DNA of 64,000 nucleotides from Thalia democratica (GCA_965202585.1 OZ241830.1:17980001-18044000), one strand, 5' to 3'. Positions 22,616 to 36,473 are shown, counted from the stretch's first letter. Made by a program: numbers and translations. The notes: generated by a model from the sequence alone, not told the origin.

Positions 22616-24090
22616 ATGATAAACAACAGTTGGAAGTACAAACTAGTCTGCTTCTTTCTTTTGACATATTTTCAACTTATGTTCTCTCGAAGTCGGGAAA
22701 GGACGCACGAGAAAAGGAAACTTCCTACCAGGAACGCCACACGGGCAGAAGTCTGTGAAAACCGAGTTCAAACACGAATATTTGGCTTAGCTGACAATTA
22801 CGCGCTGGTACTGAGCGCCGTCTACTGCTTGGGAAATAAAAACATTTTCGTGGACGTGTACAAGATCACATAGGGAAGCATACATGCCTACAAACAAAAC
22901 AACGACACTCGCAGAATGTTTGATTACTTTAGGGGTATTATGAAGGTTACAGGGACAGGAAACAAATTAGGTGGAGGACCTCGACAGGGAAGTAGCGTGA
23001 TTGGAACTAATCGGCCGTTTTGAACCACTTTGAAAGTGATAATCGGTTGGAACTACAGGAATTCGTGTTGAGATGGTGAACGGAAGAGCGCAGCAAGTGA
23101 AGCCGAATGTTTTGCAGGGGAAGAAAATATTTTGGTCGATGGTTACCTCTGTGCAAAACTCGTTCAACGACGACAATTACAAAAATAGTTTCTGCCGACA
23201 CAAACTCCAGTTTCGAATTCCAGAGCTCCTGCAAAGGCGACTCGGGCGGTCCAGTGGCTTGCAAGCAGTCGAAAAGTGTCCACTTCGATAATTTGGTGAA
23301 CAGTGTCATGCGGAGGTTTTAAATTTCAAACGGCTGGTAGCATTGGACAGCCGTGCGTGGCAGCTAAGCTTTTGGCCCACGTAGAGCAGATTGATGAAAA
23401 CGTGAGAACAGTTTCTCTAAACTTGATTATTAAGCAAAAAGAATTGGACGCTGGAGAGGTTTATCACGCTCAATATTTCAGCAACAAAAAATGTTATATT
23501 ATAGCTTGCTAAGGTGCCATCCTCAGCAAAAGATGGGTTTTAACTGCAGCGAGTTACTTTAACAACTTTCCTTTGCAGCACACAGAAGGACTGTTCAGTT
23601 TATAAGAAGACCCGAAATAGATCTTGAAAGTGCCGGTTGCAACATAGGGTAGCTTGCAGGTGAAAGATGCAAATAATTCGTGCCAACACGGAGACTATCA
23701 AAATGACAAGTATGATAAGCACAACATTGTAGTGATATTTCTCCTCGGTGAAGTTGATTACTAAGTTGAGTTTGATAAACAATTTAGAATGATTACTGGT
23801 TGCAATGTGAAAGACTGCAAAGTTTTTAGATGGGAAGATAATTGTAAAACTAAAAATGCAGAAGACAAAAATTCTCTGCAAGTAAGCAAAGTAGGTATTT
23901 TAGATGAAAAAAAGTTGCAGCTCTCTCATGTTAAACCCAAGTGTTATGCAGTTGCTTTATGATCATCATGATTTTACTGAACAAGAATTTTTAATACCTA
24001 CCATCAGTGTTGAAGCAGGAACTAGTTTAACTTACAAAGATTATATACATGTTACCATGTAGTTAACGAAGTCGCATCTTTCAGAGGATA
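22616..24090 (+). pseudogene. Intronless two-domain trypsin-family serine protease pseudogene (unit A, + copy)
   Basis: Signal-like N-terminus; LSAVYC region; SCKGDSGGPVAC; second domain GAILSKRWVLTAASYF, HGDYQND, LQVSKVGIL. Multiple stops and frameshifts. Confidence 0.85.
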
Positions 24091-24094
24091 CCTC

Positions 24095-25551
24095 CGTATG
24101 AAACGGTTCACCAAATTACCGAATTGGACACTTTTCGACTCCTGCAAGCCACCTGACCGTCCGAGTTTGCCAGAGTTTGCAGGAGCTCTGGAATTAGAAA
24201 CTGAAGTTTGTGTCGGCATTTTTTTCGTTAAACAAGTAGTACAAGTACTCGACCGTAGACCAAAAGCATGTCTTCTCCTGCAAAAAATCCGAATTTACTT
24301 TACAATTTAAACTAGCTCATGCTTCAACACTGATGGTTAGTCTTTCTAGTTCCTGTTCAGTAAAAATATGATAAAAGTAAAGCAATTGCAACTTGGTTTT
24401 AACATGAGAGAGCTGCACCTATTTTCATCTAAAATACTCACGTTTCTTAGTTGCAGAGGATTTACGTACCTTGTAGTTTCAGTTTAACTATTATCTTCCC
24501 ATCTTAACACTTTGTAGTCTTTCACACTGCGACCAGTAATCATTCTCAACGGTTTGACAAACTCAGATTCGTAATCAACTTAACTACGGAGAGTTATCAA
24601 CGCAATGTTGTGCTTTTGATAGTCTTTATGTTGGCACAATAGTTATTAAAGTAACTCGCTGTGGTTGGAACCCATCTTTCTTTGAGTATGGCGCCTTGGC
24701 AAGCTATAATATAATCTTGTTTGTTGCTGAAATAAGGAGAGTGATAAAGAGGGTTCCCAACTTTCGCGTCTTATCCTTGCTTCTTAATAACCGTCGGCCA
24801 AAGTTTGTTAAATTTGTTTGTTCATATCAAATTGTCGAACTGATCACTTTCGACTGCCTGCAATCCACCTGACCGCCCGAGTCGCCTTTGTTCTAGAACT
24901 CAAAACTGAAGTTTGTGTCGGCAGACATTTTCTAATTGTTGTAGTTGAACAAATTGCACACGTAACAGAGGCGACCGTCTGCTACAAACATGTCATCTCC
25001 TGCAAAACATCCGGCTTCACTTGCTGCTTGTTCACCATCCGCACCCGAAGTCCTGCAGTTTTAACCGATTATCAATTTCAAAAGGGCTCAAAACTTCCAG
25101 TTGGATTCAATCACGCTATTTCATTGTCGAGGTGGAGCCGAAGTCCGACTTGTCTTCCCCCAACATTTGTTTCCTGTCCCTGTAACCTTCGTAAAACCCC
25201 CTAAAACTATAAAACATTCTGTAAGTTTCGTTGTTTCGTTTTGGGGCATGTATGCTTCCCGCTGTGATCTTGTAAACGTCCAAAAAAATGTTTTCAATTC
25301 CCAAGTAGTGGGCAGCGCTTAACACTCTGTGCGTAAATGTCAGTTAAACAAAGTATTTCGTGTTTGAACTCGGTTTTCACAGACTTCTGCCTATGTGGCG
25401 CTTCAGGTACACCTGGTAGGCAACTGCCATTTCTTGTGCGTCCTTTCTTGACTTGTGAGTAAACACAAGTTGAAAATATCAACAGAAAGAAGCAGCTTAG
25501 TTTGTATTTCAAACTGTTGTTATTTATGATGCTAAATATATGTTTAGTCAT
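24095..25551 (-). pseudogene. Inverted trypsin-family protease pseudogene (unit A, - copy), convergent with the + copy
   Basis: The reverse strand gives the signal region, AYQVYLK, LSAAHYLG, KGDSGGQVDC, a partial second domain (ACQGAI..RWV) and a further GDSGG-derived tail. Many stops and frameshifts. Confidence 0.85.
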
Positions 25552-26239
25552 TTTTTTATATCAAAATTACTATTTGACGTAACAAAAAAAAGTTTAAAAT
25601 CTATAAAAATTGTGTGATAAAATATAAAAACATAACAGCTATCTTTTTTATGGCAAGTTTTTATAAAAATTGTACACAATATAACTTACACACATAAACC
25701 AAAGAAAATGAAAAAGTGGTTTAAAATTGAGCATCAATGTACATGGATGTGCAAGTAATTTACTTAAAGTGCACAGAAAACTTCAAAAACAATAAAAATT
25801 TGTCAAAAAAAAACCTTATTTTTTATTGTTTTAAATGTTTTTGTGTATATTTAAGCTTAACATATATTTATTAAGTATCTATAAAGGAAACTTAGATATA
25901 AACTAAATGTTAAACAAAATACCTAATCCGTAAAAAATCACATTTTAGTTAGTTATTGTGCATTACTTTTGTACACAATGGAAAACATATTCATTTAGTC
26001 TTTTTGTTAAATAGGTTTTGTAAAAATAACCAAGTCCAATCATTTTTAACATTCTTTTTAAGATCAAAAGTTACTGTTTTAACCAAAAAAATTATTATAG
26101 AAATGAAAAAAAAAGCTTTGTTCTAATGCTAATCTGTCAAGTCTTCTAATCGTTTGAAAATTTTTTACAGGGACTTGAAACAAAATTAATCAAATAAACT
26201 TACTTACCGAAAAAAATTAACCTAAAATATATTTTTGAT

Positions 26240-26309
26240 CAGCAGGCCACATTTACATGCTCGCGGGCCGCAGCTTTTTCTTTCGCGGGCCACAGTTTGC
26301 CGAGCCCTG
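26240..26309. mobile_element. Right terminus of a MITE (…GCGGGCCACAGTTTGCCGAGCCCTG)
   Basis: GC-rich end whose reverse complement starts CAGGGCTCGGCAAAC, a hAT-like TIR. Degenerate left-end relatives at ~17543 and ~20626. Confidence 0.55.
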
Positions 26310-26504
26310 TTTTAGTGTCTAGTTTTAGTTAAAATAAAGTCAAGGTAAAAAACTGTGTTAAGTAGTATAACAATATAGAAAAGATATTGTAGAGTTACTT
26401 AGAATTTGTTTTTCAATAAAAAAAAATTATGATGATGACAAAATCTTTTTATCTTTTTGCTAGATCTTTTGTTTTAAATTAAAAGTATACTTCTTATCTT
26501 ATTA

Positions 26505-26692
26505 TACAAAATTTATTCGAATTTCCAGGTTTTTTAGTAACTTTTGTTCAAAATCTAAGGTTTTTAGTGCATTTTGTTCAGAATTCCATGTTATTTTCAA
26601 AATTTATCGAATTCCAGGTTGTTCCAGGCTTTTTTATCATAAAATATCAAGTTCCAGATTTTTTCAGAGTTCTAAGATTTTTGGCAACCCTG
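26505..26692. mobile_element. Partial MITE of the CAGGGTTGCC family
   Basis: Ends GGCAACCCTG at 26692 and contains TTCCAGG repeats (reverse of those in 8118-8460). The other TIR was not found. Confidence 0.55.
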
Positions 26693-29600
26693 TATATAAT
26701 ATGATTGAAAAATAAAAACTGCTTTAATATAGCCAATTTAAATCGGAAAGTTTTAGCAAAATTAATGCAAATTTCTATTTCAATTATATTATTCTTGATT
26801 TAAATTTTCATTTTTGGAAAATTGTTTATTTGCATGCATAAGTAGGTGTTTTCAAATTTCAGGTTTCAAGGTAAAGTGTCAACCCTTTATCATTGTTTAA
26901 ATGATATTTCTTATCTAATGTTTACTTCTTGTAAGTTCAACAGTTTAAAAATTGGAAAAAAAAAATTGTTATATGTTAAGTTTATAGTTAAAACTATTTT
27001 AACAATACTATCTTAAAACTTCATTTTTTAGAGAGAGCACATTTATCACTTACCAGTCTAAAGCCGCTAATTTAATACAAAGTATTAAGTATAAAAACTT
27101 GATTAGACTAGATAACACTAAATCAGATCTATAAATGGCAATTGATTCTAATTTATTTTCAAACATATTATAAAACATATTAATTGTTAAATAAAACTGT
27201 AACATTTGAAATCAACAGAAAAAAGGAAACATGATTAAACAATAGTACTATTAAATTTATATCAACTTTATGAATTCGAAGTACAATAAACCAGGGGCGT
27301 GTCTAGACTTTTTTCAAAGGGCGTTCACATTTTTTGTTCTTAATTTGCCGCTTATGTACGCATTTCTTAGGTATGCACTACCAGTTAAGTACGCAATATT
27401 TAGCCGAAAAATTCTGTGTTGTATATGCTTTTTTTTTTGCTTAGAAATAACAAAAAATATATAAGTAGTATTAGAAAAATTCTATACTTTTTTATTTAAA
27501 ATGCTGTATTAAATTTAGCTAAATAAAAACTAAAAGTACCAGAAAAAAGCTAAGAACTTACAAATTGTATATCAAAAATCAAATCTTTTATTTAAAACAA
27601 AAGTATTATATCCATAACTAACTTACTCTATAAAAAAATAACTTTTTTATCAGGAACTAATATTAAAAAGTAATTAAAACTAGAATAATGTTTTATAAAG
27701 CGCATTTCAATTTTGAATTAAATGATAGATTAGATGGAGTTCTTAAAATTTTTTTTATAAACTTAAAAATCTTTACATTTATCTATTTCTTTATAAATAA
27801 AAAAAAATCAAGTAATTTAATCTATAAAAATTTAAATTTCACTAAAATGAATGTTTGTACATATACAAATAAACTAAAATATCTTTATAAGTATTTATTC
27901 TAGTTTTAATTAATTCTAGTTTCAATTTTTCCTGATAAAAAAGTTAGTTTTTTATAGAGTAAGTTAGTTATGTCTGTAACATTTTTGTTTTAAATAACAA
28001 TTTTAATTTTGATATACAATTTGTAAGTTCATAACATTTAAACAAAATTTAAAGAGAATTTAAATTTTGATTTAATTATTAGTATAGATGGAGTTTTACA
28101 AATTTTTTATTTAAATTTTGAACTTTTTACATTTATATATATTTTTATAATAAATGTTTTTTTTTCAAATAACTCAATCTATAAAAATTGAAATTTAACC
28201 CAAAATTGTTTACACTTATACAATTAAATTAAAATATCTATGAATTTATTTAATTGTTTGCCTGATAGTGCAGGGATTAAAATAATGGTTTTGAAATCTT
28301 ATTAAGTTAAAAATTTAAAAATCAAAAATCAACTTTGTGAAAAATGTTTAATTTTTATAGTTCAACATTCAACAAATAAAATTTGGTAAGAAAACGAAAG
28401 CTTTAATATATGTAATAATATTTTTTCAAAAACAAATCAATCTGATATTTACCTCAAACTTTAGATTAGTTTAGATATGTTTTTATTAATCACTTGAGTT
28501 ATTTTATGACACTTTTGCTTAGAGCTATGTTTTTACTTAAACCTTTGTTTATTGTTTTGTATTTATAAGTAATTTTACTTAAATTAAAGTAGTTTTTAAA
28601 GCTTTTTGACAGTGTAGTTGTTTAAATTATTTTAAAAACTGATGACACATCACGGCAGATTGATAAATACCGTCTAGTTTTAGTAAATTAAGTACACTGT
28701 TTTGCCTCAAAGAATGGCAACAGTGTAGTATAAACATTTATTTCAAATCAGAACAAGTCAATTTTTAACAAAGAGCTTATAAATTATTAAAAGTATAAAA
28801 AAATTAATTCTAGATAAAAAAAAAATAAACTTACTTGCACCTAACCTGTAGAGCACTGTTTTTAAAAGTAATTTTCTTTAAATGTTATAACAACGAAAAT
28901 TTAATAAATATTTAGTAAATCAAAGCCTAAATTAAATCAGACCTGTAAAAATTCATAAAAGAAAGTTTCTATAAAAAACAACACTATTGGCAATAAATTT
29001 AAAATGTAAACTTTTCACAATCTTGATATTTAGTTTTATTTTAGTAATGATTAATTGTATCTTCAAGTTGTATGACTCAACTTAATTATTTTTTTATAAC
29101 TAATTTCTATGTAGAAAATTTATTTTTTATTTCAATATATAGAATTTAAAAATCAGCTGTATTAAAAAAGGTTTTCACATTGTTTTACCAAGTTAAAACA
29201 TTTTTTCTGCCCTGCTTTTATTTTGACTTTTAAGTTTTTATTCATTTAGTTCACTAAAAGTAGAGGCGAGTCTCAAGTCTTGGTCTTTAAGTGGGGTAGT
29301 ACATCCTGAATATTTTTAGAAAACAGAGTACTTTTGTACTAGTTTTTGATAAAATACTTTTAAATATATATTAGGGGCCAATTAACTTAAATGTAATATA
29401 ATTTTTTAAAAACTTGTTTTTAAACATTCCTATTTTAAAAAATAATTTCAATAATAGAGAAATTATATTAATATTGAGATTTTTGTTTTAGTGTACTTTT
29501 AGTCTCACTTATGTTTTACTTTTTATGCATGTAGTATGAGCCACTTTAGAACTGTTTACTGATGTATGTGTCGCCCTTAAAAAAGGAGAGAAATAAAAAA

Positions 29601-32600
29601 ACTCTACATACTTGAATGTCTTTTAACTTTTACACTTTTTAAAGCTTGTGCTTATTTACTAGTTTTTTTATTTTTGATTATTGACTTTAAAAATGTAAAC
29701 AAGGTATAAAGAATCATTTAAATGATAAAAAGACTGTATTTTTAAGTTACTTTGAATAGTTCAATTTTTTTTAATCTAGGGTAACTTAGGCTTTTTTAGA
29801 CCAACTCAGGATTTTTTGATATATTTTTGAAAAACTCAAGCTGATTTGGATATTTTTATATAAACTTTGTGTTTTATAATTTTAAGTATTTTTTTTTCCT
29901 TGAACATTATGTTTCTTTTAAGATACTTGGCCTTAAATTGAACTTTAATAACAATTTAATTTTTTTTATACATCATAAACAAAAGTTTTAAATTATAAGA
30001 ATTATAAGAAAGTTTAAATAAATATATTATAAGTAATAGCTCAAGCTAACTGTTACTAGATTAATGTAACTCATTCTAAGCTTTGGTTATTCATGCTGGC
30101 TGTTTTTATTTAAAAAATTGCAACTCTGTAGTAGGAGCACCTTAAAAGTACATGTACTTAACTTTTTGTTCTAAGTTAACAATGTTGTTGCAGTATATTT
30201 ATAAATTATTAAAAATTATTTAAAAGAAAACTTAAAATTAAATTGCGAAATATATTTTAAGTTTGTATAGTGGTTAGTTAAAATAGGTTTTTAAACTTGT
30301 TTTAACGTGTTGTAATTTTTTATTTATTTTGTTTACCTTTTATTTTAAATGTTCAATTTTTATTAAATCAAGAAGCTGTTCTACTGTCTAGTATTTTTTT
30401 AATCAAGTAGAGTTTTATTTTTGTTAAATAATAAGATATTTTAATAACAACTTTAAATTAAGTGCATTAAGTCTAAAATTATTAAATTTTTTAGCAACTC
30501 AGGCTAACTCAGTTTTTTTTTTTAATTTGTTGCAAAACTTAAGATAATTTGGAAAATTTTTTAAACATTAGGCTTTATCTTATGATTTAAATGTTTTTCT
30601 TGAAATCAAAATTTCTTTAATTCTTATGTTTCTTATTGTAACAATTTGGTTACTTTAGCAACCTTGTGGTAGGAGCAACTATTTTAAACCATAATAAGAC
30701 AATTTTAAACATAGAATTTATAAATTGTTAGTAGTATAAAAAAGTTAACTCTGAAATAAAAATGTCTTGTTATACTTACCTGCTCTCAACCTTTAAAGCT
30801 CTTATTGTAAAGAATAATTTACTTTAAGAGTTAAAACAACTAAATTGTAATAAGTTCATTGTAAATTTAAGCCAATATGAAAATTAATTCTGCAATGATT
30901 CACAAAAAAAAGTTTTTCAAGAGAGAAAATACTATATGTAAACCAGGGTTTCCCAAACTTTTTATTTTGTACTTGCAAAAATATAGGTACTTAAAGGTAT
31001 TTTGATATTCTAATTAAAACTTGTACACATATGGATTTTAAAAATGTTCATGTTAGTTTAAAAATATTTTATTTTGAATTTAAGGCTATTTTTAATTTTA
31101 ATTAACAACCTTTTTTGCTTTAAAATAAATGTTTCAAATAATCTGTTTGTTATAGCTATGATATTTCAGGTAATTAAAAAGGTTGACACAAATTAAGAGT
31201 AATCCCGGATACTTTGTAACTTTTTGAAATCTGAGTATGACACAGGATAACTGAATAAGTTTTAAATTTGTTTTCAAAACTCTGGTTTGCTCAGAGAGGT
31301 TATTTTATCTCAATATAGATTTGATATTTCAAGTAAGTTTTTTCTACTTTTTAATTGAGATATAGTTGGTTTAGTTTCAATATTTTATTCGTTTGTGGTA
31401 ATTTTTGTTAAGAGCTTAGTTTTTCTTGCCTTTGAAAAATTTTAAATTGAAGAAAGAAAAAGAATCCTGGGTGACTACAGGTCAGTTCAAAGTCATTCAA
31501 GACAGTTTCTAATAAATCAGAACAGTTTTGACTAAAAGGATTACAACACTGTCAAACTTTATTAATAAACTTTACTTTCAATGTTTGACTAAATAATAAA
31601 ATCATTTTCTTTTGGTGAAAGTACAACTAGATTTATTATTATTTTAAATTATTAGATTTTCATTTTAACTTTTTTTTTGTATTTTAATTATTTAATTACT
31701 AGATTTCTGATTTTTATCTAACTTCTTTTTACAATATGGCTAAAATCAAAAATCAACACATTATCAAGTTTTAAATATTTACAGTAAGACATCCTGATTT
31801 AATGTACAAAACCGATCTTAATCGACAGCGCAATTATTGATATTTGTTGATATTAATTATACTAGATTAGAAAGCAATAATGAAACTTAGTTGTTTAAAA
31901 AACAGAGCTTTTACTCAAACTACTCAGGATAACTTTAATGCTATTTTAAAAGTTTGGAGACTTAAGCACAGTAATTATTTTTGAAAAACTTATGCTGACA
32001 CATGTTTGTTTGAATATTATTGAAAAGTTTAGAATAGATTGATATTTTTCTGTATGTTAGACTATTTTCTATATTGGCTATTTTTTGATTAATTGATGTT
32101 AGATTCATTTAAGCTTTGTTAATTTGTTATTAAATTTTTAGCAAACATAATTTTTTTTTTTTTTTTCAACTAGCTTAAAGAATTACAAACTGTTTTTTTG
32201 TCAATTAATATTGTTTTTTTTTTTACTTGAAAGAGTGACAAACTCTAAACTAAATTACTAAGCCTTGCTAAAATCTTAAAATACAGTACTTATTTGTAAA
32301 AAATCTCATAAGAAAATATAGTTAAAATTAAAGTATTTTTTTCTATAACAGAAAGAAGTGACAATCAGTTACAACCTTGAACTTATTTTGAAATACAAAA
32401 ATTCAGTCTATGAAAGAAAAAATTTCAGCATCAACTGTCCAGAGATAAAAAGATATACATTATTTTGAGTTTAGCTGTTTTTAATTCGTATTTTTTTGCT
32501 CTCTTTTTCTATTAGTTTAATATCATATTTAAGGAAGATAATACTCACAAAGTAAAAGATAAAGCATTAGTTTAAGTATGTATTTGATATTAAATAAAAT

Positions 32601-33492
32601 AGTTTAAGAATACTGTACTGGGACTTTTGTGGTGATTGCGGATATGTGCTCAATTAATAAGTATGTAAGACAAAGCCATATAACTAAAATATCACTGTAA
32701 AAATAAGGTAAACCAAATGAAAAGGTTCTTTAAAACTAAGATGAAATATTAAATTTCAGCTTGTGTTATCAAAAGGTTTTCATGTAAACATAAACTTAGT
32801 AATGATATATTAGCGCCGCTAGTGGGTTCCATGAAAACATATCTCATTAACGTAAAGCTTCAAAAATATCTTTTTAAAAAGAATATACTAATAAAAGTGT
32901 TTACGTAGTCCTACCACTAGCGGCGCTTTTTAAAATAGTATCTTAAGGACGAAATATATGTTTTGCAGTTTTGTGTATACAGATTCTGATTAGCTTGAAG
33001 ATCACTGGCTTAATATATATATCACTAGCTAAGTACATTTTAAATACTTGTTGTGATTAAATTTTTATAGTAAAATAAGAAAAACAAAAGTTATTAAAAA
33101 CTTCTTTGCACAATAAAATACATTTTATGAATACTAGTTTTACAACCATCTTATAGAGCATTTTACTATTAAACACCTATAAAAATAAGCAGATTCTACA
33201 GTGTTTTTTAAAAACTAGGCATTTTTTACGTTACTTCAAAGAAAAGTACAGCTTTAAACTATGAAGCAAACTAGACTAGACTTAAGGTTTTGACTTAAAC
33301 AATGACATTGAGAGTTTTGTTATAAAATTAAAAAAAATTAATTTGTTTTATATTTTTTAAATAAAATCGTCAAAATTTTTATACGTTTCTTTCATTTTAG
33401 TATTATTATTACTTAAAAAGTATACTTGAAAGTATTTAATAATCATTTTAAACAGATTTTAAAGTTTTAAAATATTAAAATTAAAAGTAATA

Positions 33493-34078
33493 ATGGAGTA
33501 CGAATGTTGTATATGCCTGGATAGGTTATTCAAAGTAGACACAAAAGTATCTGTCACATCGTGTGGTCATACCTTTCACAAAGACTGCATATCAAACGTA
33601 ATAAAAGGTGAGATTAAGAAATGTCCAATTTGTAGAGAAGAATTACAGGAAGAAACGATAGTTAAAGTTCACTTTAATGTGAATAAAGAACTTGACTACA
33701 GTGATTGTTCAAATGATACTTTGAGTTTCTTTGATAAAGTTGTTGAGTATGAAGCAAACAAAAGGATGACCATGGTAAAAATTATTAAGAAGTTAGATAA
33801 AGAAAATACCCGTCTAAAGGAAACTTACAAAACCAACAGAAAAGGCTACAGCTTGTGTAAGGTGTTATTGAGAGGTTTCCAGAAAGAAATTAAAAACTTG
33901 CATGAAAAAATCAGTAAGCTAAAATTAACAAAGGGTGAGTTGATTGCTGATATAAGAAGATTGTTTAATGAAAAAGAAGAAATTATTGAAGAGGAAAAGC
34001 CAGATGTTAAGGAAAATGAAATTGATGTGAATATTTGTGAAGATGCTATCAACAATATTGAAGCAGTAATTAGTAAAG
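33493..34078 (+). CDS. Unit B RING-H2 plus coiled-coil exon 1 (open; downstream exons damaged)
   Basis: Intact RING-H2 motif. Same 586-nt length and AAAG|GTTTGT donor as copy A. Confidence 0.8.
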
Positions 34079-34777
34079 GTTTGTTTACTTTCTATTGTTT
34101 AAATAATTTGATTGATTATGTTGAACTTATAGTTTTAAATAGAATCAGGATCCAGACAGATCTTCAATTCATAAAAAAGTCCAGATGAATAAGTTTGAAT
34201 ATTTTAAAATTTTTAAATGTTTATAAAAAATATTATCATTCAATCAAATGCAAAGCACCACTGATAATACAATAGCTAAAAAAATATAAAACACTTAAAA
34301 TCTACAGTTTTAAACACTTTTACTAATAAAATTGACAATTTTGTTATCATTTTCTTATTTTTGTAAATCTTAAAAAGCTAATTAAGAAAATTAAAAATAA
34401 ACTTATTCGGTTAACCCTAAATGTATCATTAATATATTTTTTTTATGTCTAATATATGTTATTATAATTGATTGTTAAAGTATATTTTTACAATAAATTA
34501 ACTAGAATCTTATACTTTAAATACTCATTTAACCGAAATTTAGCCTAAGTTACTTTAAATGATCTAAACTGTTCTTAACCGTTTGCAAATTATTTAAACA
34601 ACATCTGAAAACATACTATTATGAATTTAAAATTTAAATTCTATTTTAACTAGCGTGTCCTGTAAATCAGTAGTTTTTGTTTTAAACTTTTATAGAAATT
34701 TAAATTTCAAATTGTGTCAATTAAAAATAATTCTCAACATAGAATTCTTAAATTAACTTTTCATGAACTTAGTTTAT

Positions 34778-35263
34778 CTTTAAAATCGGAATTTTTTGAA
34801 GTGATTGGCATTGAAAAAGTAAATAAAGTTTTTAGTGGAAATAAGAAATCTTTAGATTACAACATGAACATAATTTTAAATGAGAATTTACTGCATGAAG
34901 GGCTTTTTAATAAAGTTGAAAACAATATGAAAGAAATACACGTAAACGATGAAAAAATAAGTGATTTAATATTGATGAAGTCTCTCGAACTAGAAGTTGA
35001 AAACAAGGCATTGCAAGAAAACAACTTAGAAATAACTAAATACCTTGAAATTTTGGAAAATTCGCTAAGACAGGCTCAGAACAATGCAGAGTGCTTGAAA
35101 AAAGATTACGAAAATTTGAAGTCCGAAAATAACGATCTATTGGCTGATTTAAAAACTACAAAACGGATAAAAACTAAAATTAAAAGGTTGACAAGAAATG
35201 CAAGCAAAAAGGAAAATGATAACATTAATGATGTTCAGATAACAAACTGCTATTCAACTAAAG
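34778..35263 (+). pseudogene. Unit B coiled-coil exon 2 with a destroyed splice acceptor
   Basis: Open 486-nt homolog of A exon 2, but the acceptor AG reads AT (34776-34777). The nearby AGs at 34771 and 34741 give phase 2, out of frame with exon 1. Confidence 0.65.
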
Positions 35264-35565
35264 GTACATTTATTTTTTTTAATTTTAATATTACTTTACG
35301 TTTTACAACTTTATATTACTTTACTTATATATTGTATACGTAGTATTTTTATTACAATTTAAAGCTTTAATCAAAAAATGAAAGCTCTCAGTAGACGCAG
35401 ATTTCGTTTTCATTACAAAAATATTTTGTCTGATTTTTTACTAATTTATAGTTTATTTTACGGCAAATAAAACCCGTTTTGATTACTATTACCGGTGTTT
35501 TCTTTTTATTATAATGATATTAGAAAAACTTGATTAACTGTTGTAGACTTATTTTTATTTTCTAG

Positions 35566-36473
35566 GTGCAGAAAACAATTAAGTTAAAAGTTATATATAT
35601 ATTAGCGGAGGAAAATCAGATAAAACAACTCAGGAAAACTGTGTTTTGAAAATGGACACAAACATTGGTAAATGGAATCATTTTAAAACTATGGGTACAC
35701 GTAGATGTTGCCATCAATCCGTAATAAAAGGAGATCAATTGTATTTGATAGGCGGATATAATGCATCAGACTATGTTGAATCAGCTGAAAATGAGATTGT
35801 GTCTCTCAGCGATAAATTAGCTACAAAAAAGTTTCCCTTTATGCACAACAAACGGCTAAGCTTTGGAATGTGTTCTTTAGCAGAATGTGTTTTTGTCGGA
35901 GGAGGATCTAAAAACTCTTCTGAAGTTATAGACAAATGCGAAGTCTACAGTTTTGAAACTTTTGAATGGACTGAAGTTTCTAGTATGAACACTAAAAGAT
36001 ACGACCTTACTTTGACTTATTTTCAAGGAAAAGTCTGGGCTATTGGCGGTTATAACCACTCAAATGACACAGATACATGGCTGGACACAATAGAAACATT
36101 CGATATTACAAAAAACAAATGGAAAACAATCAATTTGAGGCTCCTAACTAAACGATCTGGACATAGCACTGTTGCTTACGACAAAAAACTTTTTGTTGTT
36201 GGTGGCCGTACAAAAGAGCGTATTTTGACGTCGGTTGAAGTTTATTCGAGCGAAACAAATCAGTTTAGCTTCGTTGCTTCAATGAATAATCCACGCGATA
36301 CATTCGGATGCTGCGTTGTAAATTCAAGTTTGTATGTGATGGGGGGATGTAGATTAGATGTCGACGATCTTACAGATGAAGTTGCGATATACGACATTGA
36401 AAGAGATGAATGGAGAAATGGTCCGAGTTTGCCTATGAAACTGGCTTATTTTGCTTGCTCTGAAAGTTCATAA
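35566..36473 (+). pseudogene. Unit B Kelch exon 3 with a premature stop (GAA>TAA at 35580-35582); rest of the six-blade propeller open
   Basis: Acceptor TTTTCTAG|GT is conserved. The fifth codon is TAA where A and C have GAA. The frame is open from there to 36473. Confidence 0.8.

Larger units (their letters stand above)
4931..25800. repeat. Segmental duplication unit A (RING-CC-Kelch gene, hairpin block, inverted protease pseudogenes); boundaries approximate
   Basis: Collinear with 46601 onward from 4931 (e.g. AATGGC..CAGTGTAG at 4961 and 46631). Same gene order as units B and C. Confidence 0.9.

Noticed and set aside
35580-35582. Reassigned genetic code (TAA as sense)
   Set aside because: TAA terminates the intact Kelch exons. 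The protease copies have frameshifts as well as stops at different positions, consistent with ordinary decay.
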